A stretch of 64,000 nt of DNA from positions 1 through 64,000 of the IMG/VR virus record IMGVR_UViG_3300032174_000075, one strand, 5' to 3'. This document shows positions 1-7,874 of this stretch, one piece after another. The position numbers were made by a program, and so were the translations under genes. This DNA is from a virus. Each line of letters starts with the position of its first letter. Position 1 is the first letter of the stretch. Below the pieces are notes generated by a model. That model had not been told where the DNA came from. It saw only the letters and a list, made by a program, of their open reading frames with translations, and made no database searches.

Positions 1-288
1 GATCCGACCACGCGCAACCGCCAGGGCAACGACATCGGCACCAGCTATCGTTCCGCGATCTTCTATGCCGATGACGAGCAGAAGCGGATCGCCGAGGATA
101 CGATCGCCGATGTCGACGCGTCGGGGCTGTGGCCCGGTAAGGTGGTGACGCAAGTCGCGCCCGCCGGCGACTTCTGGCAAGCCGAGCCCGAGCATCAGGA
201 CTATCTGGAGCGGATTCCCGACGGCTACACCTGCCACTTCATCCGCCCGAACTGGAGATTGCCGGTTCGGCGCAAGGCCGCTTCCTAG
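1..288 (+). CDS. msrA: peptide-methionine (S)-S-oxide reductase, C-terminal part (runs off left edge)
   Basis: Frame 1 reads [21 protein letters not shown]...[12 protein letters not shown]...GYTCH, matching the MsrA signatures RQGND.G..YRS and AE.EHQ.Y; TAG at 286-288. Confidence 0.95.
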   Translation, partial: DPTTRNRQGNDIGTSYRSAIFYADDEQKRIAEDTIADVDASGLWPGKVVTQVAPAGDFWQAEPEHQDYLERIPDGYTCHFIRPNWRLPVRRKAAS

Positions 289-353
289 GAGTTCGCCGGC
301 GGCTTCGTGCAACGCCGCGGCGCGGCGGCTATGCTGACGGCAACGGTGCGGCG

Positions 354-1610
354 ATGACGGCCATGGAACTGTTCGAGCGGCTGGGACTGGCGCTCGCCAT
401 CGGCCTGCTTTTCGGGGTCGAACGCGGCTGGCAGGAGCGCGAGGGCAAGCCCGGCTCGCGCGCCGCCGGCATCCGCACCTTCGCGCTGATCGGCCTGCTC
501 GGCGGCATCTGGGGGTTGCTCGCCCAGGTCGCCGGCGACGTCGTGCTGGGACTCGCGGCGCTGGGCTTCGCCGGCTGGTTCGGGTTCTTCCAATGGCGCG
601 AGACCGAGTCGGTCGGCAGCCACTCCGCGACCGGTTTCGTGACCGGCCTGCTGGCCTTCGCGCTCGGCGCCTATGCGATGGTGGGCGACAAGGCCGCGGC
701 CGGATCGGTCGCGGTCGCGGCGACCTTCATCCTGGCGGAGCGCCAGGCGCTTCACGGCTTCCTCGAGAAATTGAAATGGGTCGAGCTGCGTGCCGCGCTG
801 ATGCTGCTGGTGATGACGTTCGTCCTGTTGCCGGTTCTTCCCGACGTCGCGATCGACCCTTGGGGCGCCGTCAATCCGCACCAGCTCTGGCTGCTGAGCA
901 TCCTGACCGCGGCGATTTCCTATGCCGGCTATCTCGCCGTCAACCTCGCAGGCGCGCGCAAAGGCCTGCTCTACGCCGGCGCGGCCGGCGGACTGGTGTC
1001 GTCCACGACGGTGACCTGGACCTATGCGCGCCTGTCGCGGCAGAACGCGCAGGGCCGCACCGATCTGGCGGTCGGGATCGTCGCCAGCTGGACGGTGTCG
1101 CTGATCCGCATGACGGCGATCGCCACCGCGCTGGCGCCGTCGCTGGCGATTGCGCTTGGCGCCCCCGTCGCTGCGGCCGTCTGCGTCACGCTCGCGAGCC
1201 TCGTGCTGCTCTATCGCCGCTCGACGCAGCAAGGTGCGGCCGTCGAGCTCGCGCTGACCGACCCGTTCGACATCTGGACGATCCTGCAGTTCACCGCGCT
1301 GCTGGCGGTGGTGATGCTCGCCGCGAAGGTGCTTTCGGCCGGCTTCGGCGAGGGCAGCCTGCTGGGCCTTGCGGCGCTGTCGGGCCTGGCCGACGTCGAT
1401 CCGATCACGCTGTCCATGGCGAAGGACGCCGGCTCGAGCGTGGCGGTGGAGCAGGCCGCGCTCGTCATCCTTGTCGCCGCGGCGGCGAACCTGGTCGCCA
1501 AATGCGCTCTCGCCGCGTCCTTCGGCGGCATGCGCTTCGCCGCGCCGCTGGCCGCCATCGCGTCGCTCGCCATCGTCGCGGCCGGATCGGTGGCGCTTTT
1601 CCTGCGCTGA
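354..1610 (+). CDS. MgtC/SapB-family, DUF4010 multi-pass membrane protein (host)
   Basis: GLLFGVERGW...AGIRTF MgtC motif, GGLVSST and GLADVD DUF4010-type motifs, many TM segments, host-like high GC3. Confidence 0.9.
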   Translation: MTAMELFERLGLALAIGLLFGVERGWQEREGKPGSRAAGIRTFALIGLLGGIWGLLAQVAGDVVLGLAALGFAGWFGFFQWRETESVGSHSATGFVTGLLAFALGAYAMVGDKAAAGSVAVAATFILAERQALHGFLEKLKWVELRAALMLLVMTFVLLPVLPDVAIDPWGAVNPHQLWLLSILTAAISYAGYLAVNLAGARKGLLYAGAAGGLVSSTTVTWTYARLSRQNAQGRTDLAVGIVASWTVSLIRMTAIATALAPSLAIALGAPVAAAVCVTLASLVLLYRRSTQQGAAVELALTDPFDIWTILQFTALLAVVMLAAKVLSAGFGEGSLLGLAALSGLADVDPITLSMAKDAGSSVAVEQAALVILVAAAANLVAKCALAASFGGMRFAAPLAAIASLAIVAAGSVALFLR

Positions 1611-1751
1611 TCAGGAGGCGGGATGACGCTTGCAGAAAGCGGATTTTGCGACCTTGGCAAGGACGGGACAGGGCGCGGTCGTCGCAGCAAGAAACTGCGC
1701 AAGCCCCGTTCAGGCACTCAGGGAGCGTCTGAAGGGGAAACCCTCCCGCCC

Positions 1752-1807
1752 AGGTGTGCTTGCTGCACAATGGAGCGCCTGTTCGGCATCAGGTAGCAAG
1801 CACACCT
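1752..1807. repeat. 24-bp imperfect inverted repeat around an 8-bp core (end-mimic / CGCCTGTT / IS left end)
   Basis: Reverse complement of 1752-1775 (CTCCATTGTGCAGCAAGCACACCT) matches 1784-1807 (CGGCATCAGGTAGCAAGCACACCT) at 18/24, and the 13 distal bases are identical. Confidence 0.85.
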
Positions 1808-1867
1808 AACCGACCGCTCTGCCACTATCGGTTTACATACCCGTCAGACTCGCAATAAAGCTGCGCC

Positions 1868-2650
1868 ATGAGCGAAAGCTATTGGCGACTAGTCCTGCGC
1901 GATGCCGCTGACCATTGGAGCGGCGAAACGTTCGATCATTGGGGCCGCCGGTTGATAGGCTATATCGTCGAATCCGCTATCCTATTCCTGATCCTCTTGA
2001 ATCTCCCGATTCTGGGAGACGTGCAAGGCGAGGAACGGCTGGCCGTTGCGGGCGCGCTGGCCGCTATCGGTGGTGGTGGACTTTTGTTTTTGTTTGACCT
2101 TGTGACCGCTCCGAAGCGGCTGCACAGAGCTATGGAAACGCGCCTACGTGTGAGACACGACATAATTCTCAACTTTTGGGATTCCGAACGAAGCCTGAGA
2201 ATCCTGGATGTCCTGCAAACGGAGGGAAGGAACGTCTATCGCGATCTGAGTGACATCACGCGGTATGAAGATCGATTCAATGCGTGGGATGAAAAGGTAG
2301 TGGCAGTTCTAAAAGCCGGGTTTTCGATAACCACGCTATACGACTACCAGAACAGCTATGGTGGCGTGTCGGGAATGCTGGGCGGCTATTATAAGATCGA
2401 CAACCTTGACGCCGAATGGGAAGAAAAAAATCAGGAATTGTTAGCTAGGTTCTCGGCACGTCTTGAAGCGCTCGTGGATCTGATAAAGCGCGGCGGCGGC
2501 GTATATGTCGGGCCTATAATGGCTATCCGCGAAATGCTGCACGACGAAGAACAACAAGGGCTCGCGCCCCTTCCGGATGCGACGAGCGACATGAATACGC
2601 TATTAAGCATTGCGGAGGACAAACAGCACGACGCATCCCGTCCTACGTGA
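1868..2650 (+). CDS. IS passenger: two N-terminal TM helices plus helical C-terminal domain, unknown function
   Basis: 260-aa ORF, lower GC than host, two hydrophobic segments. Confidence 0.7.
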   Translation: MSESYWRLVLRDAADHWSGETFDHWGRRLIGYIVESAILFLILLNLPILGDVQGEERLAVAGALAAIGGGGLLFLFDLVTAPKRLHRAMETRLRVRHDIILNFWDSERSLRILDVLQTEGRNVYRDLSDITRYEDRFNAWDEKVVAVLKAGFSITTLYDYQNSYGGVSGMLGGYYKIDNLDAEWEEKNQELLARFSARLEALVDLIKRGGGVYVGPIMAIREMLHDEEQQGLAPLPDATSDMNTLLSIAEDKQHDASRPT

Positions 2651-2873
2651 GGCGTAGATCGCGGACGCCGATTGCCTCAAGGCATTGCAGGAAATAGGCA
2701 GCGGTAAAAGCCCCACGCGACAGCTTGTTGCGGACATTGACTTCCTTTTCATCAACCCCGATTTCAGCCAGTTTTTCGACCAGCGCTCCGTAGGTCAGCC
2801 CGTGCCTTTTTAGTTCTGATTTCAATAGGTTAGCGGCCCTGGCGTTCCAGTCCACTTTTGGAGCTTTTGCCAC
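2643..2873 (-). CDS. small HTH regulator (DUF6471-like), divergent from the transposase
   Basis: W...A.NLLKSELKRHGLTY..L.EKL...GV.E.E.N..NKLSRG.F.A.YFLQCL pattern. Confidence 0.8.
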   Translation of the reverse strand: MAKAPKVDWNARAANLLKSELKRHGLTYGALVEKLAEIGVDEKEVNVRNKLSRGAFTAAYFLQCLEAIGVRDLRLT

Positions 2874-2976
2874 GTATCACCTATAGTAAAAGAAGTATCG
2901 AATACAGTATTTATGCCCTTGTATTGGCCACGTCAACGTACTACATTCGTTACAGACGTAACGGATTTAGTACCAA

Positions 2977-3948
2977 ATGGCGCAGCACTTCCTTCTAAGC
3001 ACAAAGGCCCGGACGCTCAGTCTGGCAAAGGTGCTGCGCCTTTCGGATCAGGAAGCGTATGACGCCTTCCGGGCGATCCGCTGGGCCGATAACGACGGCA
3101 AACCCTATTGCCCGAGGTGCGGTTGCGTAACGGTCTATGAGTTCGAGACGCGCAAGATTTTCAAGTGCAAGGGATGCCAGTCGCAATTCTCGCTTACGTC
3201 CGGGACGATCTTCGCGAGCCGGAAGCTCAACGTGCGCGACATTCTCGCCGCTATCGCAATCTTCGTGAACGGTGCGAAGGGCTACAGCGCGCTCCAATTG
3301 AGCCGCGATCTCGACGTACAGTACAAGACGGCCTTCGTTCTCGCGCACAAGCTTCGCGAAGTGCTCGGCAAGGAACAGGAAGCGGCGAAGCTCAAGGGCG
3401 ACGTTGAAATAGACTCCGCGTATTTCGGCGGATACGTGAAGCCTGCGAACATCAAAGAGCATCGCCTTGACCGCCGCTTGCTCGAAAACAAATCCGGCAA
3501 GCGCCAGTCCGTTGTCATCGTGCGGGAGCGCAACGGTAACTCGCTTCCGGCAGTCTTCAAGTCGGAAGGCGCGGCGCTGGCCTGGATCAAGAGCCGGATC
3601 AGCCTGGGAACGGTCGTGAACGCCGACGATGCGAGCGGGTGGAACGATCTAGCGTCCAAATACGAAATGAAGCGCATCAACCATCAAGAGGCGTATTCAC
3701 TCGACGGCGCGTGCACCAATCAAGCCGAGTCGTATTTCAGCCGCCTGCGTCGCGCAGAAATGGGTCATCACCATCACGTCAGCGGGCCGTACCTGCTTCG
3801 CTATGCCCAGGAAAGCGCGTGGCGCGAGGATGCCCGTCGCGTCGATAACGGCGCCCAGGTCCGCCGCGTGACGGAACTGGCGTTAAAGCGTGGGCCGTCA
3901 GTGGACTTCAGCGGCTACTATCAGCGCCACGTCAGGGCGGCGGGTTGA
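2977..3948 (+). CDS. IS1595-family DDE transposase
   Basis: Zn ribbon CPRCG...CKGC, SLTSGTIF, HTH SALQLSRDLDVQYKTAF, catalytic VEIDSAYFGG / NADD / NQAESYF; TTGTAT-17-TACATT promoter-like motif at 2919-2947. Confidence 0.95.
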   Translation: MAQHFLLSTKARTLSLAKVLRLSDQEAYDAFRAIRWADNDGKPYCPRCGCVTVYEFETRKIFKCKGCQSQFSLTSGTIFASRKLNVRDILAAIAIFVNGAKGYSALQLSRDLDVQYKTAFVLAHKLREVLGKEQEAAKLKGDVEIDSAYFGGYVKPANIKEHRLDRRLLENKSGKRQSVVIVRERNGNSLPAVFKSEGAALAWIKSRISLGTVVNADDASGWNDLASKYEMKRINHQEAYSLDGACTNQAESYFSRLRRAEMGHHHHVSGPYLLRYAQESAWREDARRVDNGAQVRRVTELALKRGPSVDFSGYYQRHVRAAG

Positions 3949-3980
3949 GCCAACAAAATTGGTGCTATCATGCTTCAGGC

Positions 3981-4547
3981 TTACTTGCTCGTGCTCGCGT
4001 CAGTTTTTGTAATGGGCGCGACAGTCACATGCCTCTTAATGGTGATCCGTCTATCGCGAATACTGAGCGTCCTGCTAGATATTCGCAGCTCAATTTCAAC
4101 CGTTCCGCTCGACCACCCCAGCGGCGGTGTGAAATAGAATTGATGGGGGAGTGCATCACCCCAAGTAAGTGGCACCCTTCGTTCTGAGCCGACCGGGTCG
4201 ATAGTCCATTGCAAAGGCAATTTCCGGTGCGGGCTGGGGAAGTATTCTAGGCGTCCGCTCATATAGTCCTCACGACAGATCGTCATTTTAGATGGTCTAA
4301 CAACGCGGATGGAATCTAAGACTATTGTTTCGTAGCCCATGTTTCTGGCAACCACCCGGAGACCTAGCAGCCCAGCGTGCTTGGATTTTCCCCACTCGAA
4401 ATTCGCTTCGATTATTGGATCATCGCGCCGCCTGTCGCGGCGAAGAGAAAGCCAAGCAAAAAGCCCCGTGAGAAAGGCCGCAATGCCTGTGATCGCGGTC
4501 GAAACTGCCGTAATCCAATTCGGAAGGTCTTGAGGGTTCTGAGCCAT
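3981..4547 (-). CDS. IS passenger: single N-terminal TM protein with beta-rich domain
   Basis: 188-aa ORF with TM (WITAVSTAITGIAAFLTGLFAWL), convergent with the transposase. Confidence 0.65.
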   Translation of the reverse strand: MAQNPQDLPNWITAVSTAITGIAAFLTGLFAWLSLRRDRRRDDPIIEANFEWGKSKHAGLLGLRVVARNMGYETIVLDSIRVVRPSKMTICREDYMSGRLEYFPSPHRKLPLQWTIDPVGSERRVPLTWGDALPHQFYFTPPLGWSSGTVEIELRISSRTLSIRDRRITIKRHVTVAPITKTDASTSK

Positions 4548-4603
4548 TAATTCGTCAACCTAATGGTCGGTCGGTGCTGGCGCAATTCGGGCCGCGCCTG
4601 TCG

Positions 4604-5029
4604 CTAGGGCAACGCCCAAACCCTCGCGCCCTTCAGCTTTCCGGCGTCGGCAATCTGGCCCCGTAAGTGCTGGGCGCGCATGGCCTGTACGATCTTGAAC
4701 GCCACGGCCGTCGCCAGCACCTTGTCGCGCGCGTCCAGGCCACTCGCTTTCATGGCACGTTCCGCCAGCGCCCGCGTGCAAAGCGGCCCCTCGTCTCTCA
4801 GGAAGCCCTTACAGAGGACCATGAGCCCGCCGCGCTTCCATATCCGGTGAATGTCCACATAGGCCAGCATGTCGGCGTGGTCGCCGCTGGCGTCGAATAT
4901 GGCGATAGCGGCGGTTATGTGGGCGAGATCGGCTCGGGCCTGTTTCAGCCGCGCCTCGTAGCCGACTATGGCTTTCTCTATTTCGACCCTCTTTGACCGG
5001 AGTGTCGTGACGGTTCGAATCTCTGCCAC
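4604..5029 (-). CDS. hypothetical coiled-coil plus winged-helix-like protein
   Basis: 141-aa ORF, N-terminal heptads, wHTH-like C-terminus ending RVWALP. Confidence 0.6.
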   Translation of the reverse strand: MAEIRTVTTLRSKRVEIEKAIVGYEARLKQARADLAHITAAIAIFDASGDHADMLAYVDIHRIWKRGGLMVLCKGFLRDEGPLCTRALAERAMKASGLDARDKVLATAVAFKIVQAMRAQHLRGQIADAGKLKGARVWALP

Positions 5030-5033
5030 GGGC

Positions 5034-5288
5034 CTAGGGCGCCTCGACGATGGCCCATAGCCGGTGCTGGCGGGTGCCGGTCATGGCGACGCCGCGACCT
5101 TCAAGCCGCCTCAGACAGCGCCGGACCTGGCCTGCCACCAGCGGCAACGAGGCGTCGCCATAGCCCACGATCCGCACGACCGAGGCGACAACCTCGACGG
5201 TCGGGACAGGTGCCGGGGAGCGCCGTAGGGCCGTCGTGACAGCCTGGGCTAGCGATGCGTTCTCAAGGCGGGTGCGGTTCCTCGGCAT
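5034..5288 (-). CDS. small winged-helix-like hypothetical protein
   Basis: 84-aa ORF co-oriented with and abutting 4604-5029. Confidence 0.5.
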   Translation of the reverse strand: MPRNRTRLENASLAQAVTTALRRSPAPVPTVEVVASVVRIVGYGDASLPLVAGQVRRCLRRLEGRGVAMTGTRQHRLWAIVEAP

Positions 5289-5407
5289 TGCGCCAAGGTA
5301 GAGGGTGGCCTAGATTCTGGCTTCACCCTTTGCGCCAACATACCGGATTTTCGATCTAATCGCGAGTGCGGAAAATCAATTCTCTATCAAGGTACTAGGA
5401 ATTAAAC

Positions 5408-5737
5408 GTGGCACAGCGCGGAAATCCTCATCCTACAGGCGGCAAGCCGGACAAAAGGATGCGCGATGCCTTGATGATAGCCCTTAACCGAGAGGCTGTA
5501 GATAACGAAGGCCGGCCGACTAAGAAACTCTCCTTGATCGCGGACAAGCTGGTGGACTTGGCTATTGATGGCGATGTTCAGGCAATCCGCGAGATTAACG
5601 ACCGGATAGACGGCCGTTCCATTCAGGGCATCAGCGTGAATGATGGTGCGGGCATGAAGATCGTAATCGAGGGCGGTTTGCCGCAGGAAACGGATGCGCC
5701 CCCCGTAGACGACTCACTCGCGAACATGCGTGGCTGA
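5408..5737 (+). CDS. terS: terminase small subunit (putative)
   Basis: GNP..GGKP N-terminus, GDVQAIREI.DRIDG motif, overlaps the terL start. Confidence 0.75.
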   Translation: MAQRGNPHPTGGKPDKRMRDALMIALNREAVDNEGRPTKKLSLIADKLVDLAIDGDVQAIREINDRIDGRSIQGISVNDGAGMKIVIEGGLPQETDAPPVDDSLANMRG

Positions 5738-7001
5738 AGCCAGGGTCATCCTGCCGACTTTTCACAGGGCACAGGCAGAGATTTACCGGAACCGTGCGCG
5801 CTTCAATGTTCTTCGCTGCGGGCGCCGGTTCGGCAAAGACATCATGATGATCACGATGGCTGCGGACGATGCGGCCAGGGGCAAGAGGGCGGGGCTGTTC
5901 GCCCCCGAGTACAAGCAGCTCATCGAACCATTCGACGCGTTGGACGAGATACTGGCTCCGATCAGGAAACGGGCCAGCCGCAACGAAGGGTCGATCAGGA
6001 CGAAATCGGGTGGCGTTGTCGATTTCTGGTATCTGGATGACAACGAGTTGGCGGGACGTGGTCGAGAATACGACTGCGTCTACATCAATGAAGCGGCGTT
6101 CTCCAAATCACCCGACACGATAGACATTTGGAAGAAGTCGATCCGACCAACGCTTTTGACCCGCCGTGGCTCTGCCTGGGTCTTTGGCACTCCAAAGGGT
6201 ATTGACCCGGAGAACTTCTTCTACGCGTGCTGCACCGATCCGAAATACGGGTTCAAAGAGTTCCACGTACCGAGCAACGCCAATCCCTATGTTCCCCCGG
6301 AGGAGTTTGAACGGGAACGACTGTCGAATGATCCACTGATCTTTCAGCAGGAATTTCTCGCGGAATTTGTGGATTGGAGCGGGCATGCGTTCTTCGAGCG
6401 GGACAAACTGCTTGTAGACGGACAGCCAGTCAAAGCGCCCACACAGTGCGATGCGGTGTTCGCGGTGCTGGACACCGCCGTCAAGACTGGCAAAGAACAC
6501 GACGCCACAGCCGTTCTGTTTTGTGCGCGGTCTCGATTTGGCGGACACCCGCTGGTGCTGCTGGACTGGGATATTCTGCAAATCGAGGGCTCGCTGCTCG
6601 AAACCTGGCTTCCCACCGTCTACGAGAGATTGGAGAGTTTCGCGAAGGCGTGCGGTGCGAGAATGGGATCGCTCGGGGCTTTCATCGAGGACAAGGCCAG
6701 CGGAACGATCCTACTGCAACAGGCGGCGCGTCGCGGCTGGCAGGCCAGGGCGATAGACTCAAAGCTTACCGCAGTCGGTAAAGACGAGCGCGCCATTGCG
6801 GTGTCGGGGCATGTCTACAAAGGCATGGTGAAGCTGAGCGATCAGGCGTTCACGAAAACCTCGACATACAAGGGCGCTACCAGAAACCATCTCTTAGGCC
6901 AGGTCATAGGCTTCCGCATCGGCGACAAGGACGCTACGCGCCAAGACGATTTGCTCGACACGTTCTGCTATGCGGCGGCTATAGCTTTGGGGGATGAGTG
7001 A
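5730..7001 (+). CDS. terL: terminase large subunit
   Basis: Walker A CGRRFGKD, GRGREYD..YINEAA, motif III GTP, QQEFLAEF, nuclease DTA.K.G..HD and DDLLD. Confidence 0.95.
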   Translation: MAEARVILPTFHRAQAEIYRNRARFNVLRCGRRFGKDIMMITMAADDAARGKRAGLFAPEYKQLIEPFDALDEILAPIRKRASRNEGSIRTKSGGVVDFWYLDDNELAGRGREYDCVYINEAAFSKSPDTIDIWKKSIRPTLLTRRGSAWVFGTPKGIDPENFFYACCTDPKYGFKEFHVPSNANPYVPPEEFERERLSNDPLIFQQEFLAEFVDWSGHAFFERDKLLVDGQPVKAPTQCDAVFAVLDTAVKTGKEHDATAVLFCARSRFGGHPLVLLDWDILQIEGSLLETWLPTVYERLESFAKACGARMGSLGAFIEDKASGTILLQQAARRGWQARAIDSKLTAVGKDERAIAVSGHVYKGMVKLSDQAFTKTSTYKGATRNHLLGQVIGFRIGDKDATRQDDLLDTFCYAAAIALGDE

Positions 7002-7012
7002 CGAACCATTTC

Positions 7013-7351
7013 TCACTCCTTCCTCTTCTTCGCGCTCGCCCGCCAGCGCTTCTGCGCCTCAGCCTTGCGCTTACGGCGTGCGGCTTTTTCGGCCTCAAGC
7101 TCGGCAATGCGGAGGACTAGATCGTCAGGGTCGTACTCCTTGCGGACGCGCGTGAGGTAGTCGTGGCCAATGATTGTTGCGGGCTGTTCCTTGGCGAGGC
7201 CTGCTAAGGCCTTTGTCTTTGCGGCTACCTCGGCCGCCCGCGCATCAGCCAACGCCTTGCCGCGCGCGACCTTTTCTTGTTTATCCAGAGGACATCGTTG
7301 CGTTGACCAGTGAGCAGTATTGCAGCGGCGGCATGTGGGAGGCTTAGGCAT
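7013..7351 (-). CDS. hypothetical protein with N-terminal Zn knuckle (CRRC...H...C)
   Basis: 112-aa ORF antisense within the packaging operon. Confidence 0.6.
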   Translation of the reverse strand: MPKPPTCRRCNTAHWSTQRCPLDKQEKVARGKALADARAAEVAAKTKALAGLAKEQPATIIGHDYLTRVRKEYDPDDLVLRIAELEAEKAARRKRKAEAQKRWRASAKKRKE

Positions 7352-7625
7352 GGGCGCGTTTCTTGCGCCAATGGGTGATGTATTGAGAATTTAATTCGGT
7401 AGGTGACCCGCGATATTGGTGAAGCCACTTTCCATCGCTGTACCACGCATCCGGAACGCCAAAGCTATCAGCAACCCCAAATGACATTGGGGTGGCACAG
7501 ATTTTCAGCCACACATCGACCACGGCCCCGTCTTTTGGCGCAGATTCTATCTTGCGCCACCCTCGGGGGGACCCTTCGATAAAGCCGCCGCTTGAAGTAT
7601 CTACGAGCGCCATCATCCTCTCCAA
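7344..7625 (-). CDS. DUF551-like small phage protein
   Basis: W..IESAPKDG...ITHW motif. Confidence 0.65.
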   Translation of the reverse strand: MERMMALVDTSSGGFIEGSPRGWRKIESAPKDGAVVDVWLKICATPMSFGVADSFGVPDAWYSDGKWLHQYRGSPTELNSQYITHWRKKRAHA

Positions 7626-7874
7626 ACCCAGTGATGCAGGCCGGGCGTTACTCCGGCTACGGGGCGTAGGTTTCCTGTCACAGTTTCAGGCGTAGCCCGT
7701 ATGCATCCGGGGGCACGCTCTCCACAATAACCGTCCCGCTGGCTTCTCCTCTGCGTCTTGGCAGCACTCTCCATGAGCTATCTACACAGGCGCGTCCACT
7801 TACCGCGCTGCTGCATCACGTAGATACTACGCGTAGAAACTACGCCACGCAACTGAAATCTGGACAGCCCAAGC

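Larger units (their letters stand above)
1784..4594 (+). mobile_element. IS1595-family element (ISNha5-like, CGG termini) with passenger genes
   Basis: Starts CGGC at 1784 and ends GCCG at 4594; flanked by CGCCTGTT (1776-1783) and CGCCTGTC (4595-4602), a 7/8 match to an 8-bp duplication; holds a transposase, a divergent HTH and two cargo genes; the right end matches the left end poorly. Confidence 0.65.

Noticed and set aside
285-1732. Long overlapping ORFs 285-1232 (-) and 593-1732 (+), and similar ones such as 12889-14052 (-) and 18276-19157 (+)
   Set aside because: Arg/Gly-rich shadow frames of high-GC genes with no motifs
1752-1807. Rho-independent terminator or small RNA hairpin
   Set aside because: No U-tract; exact symmetry about an 8-bp core that recurs at 4595 fits an IS end junction better
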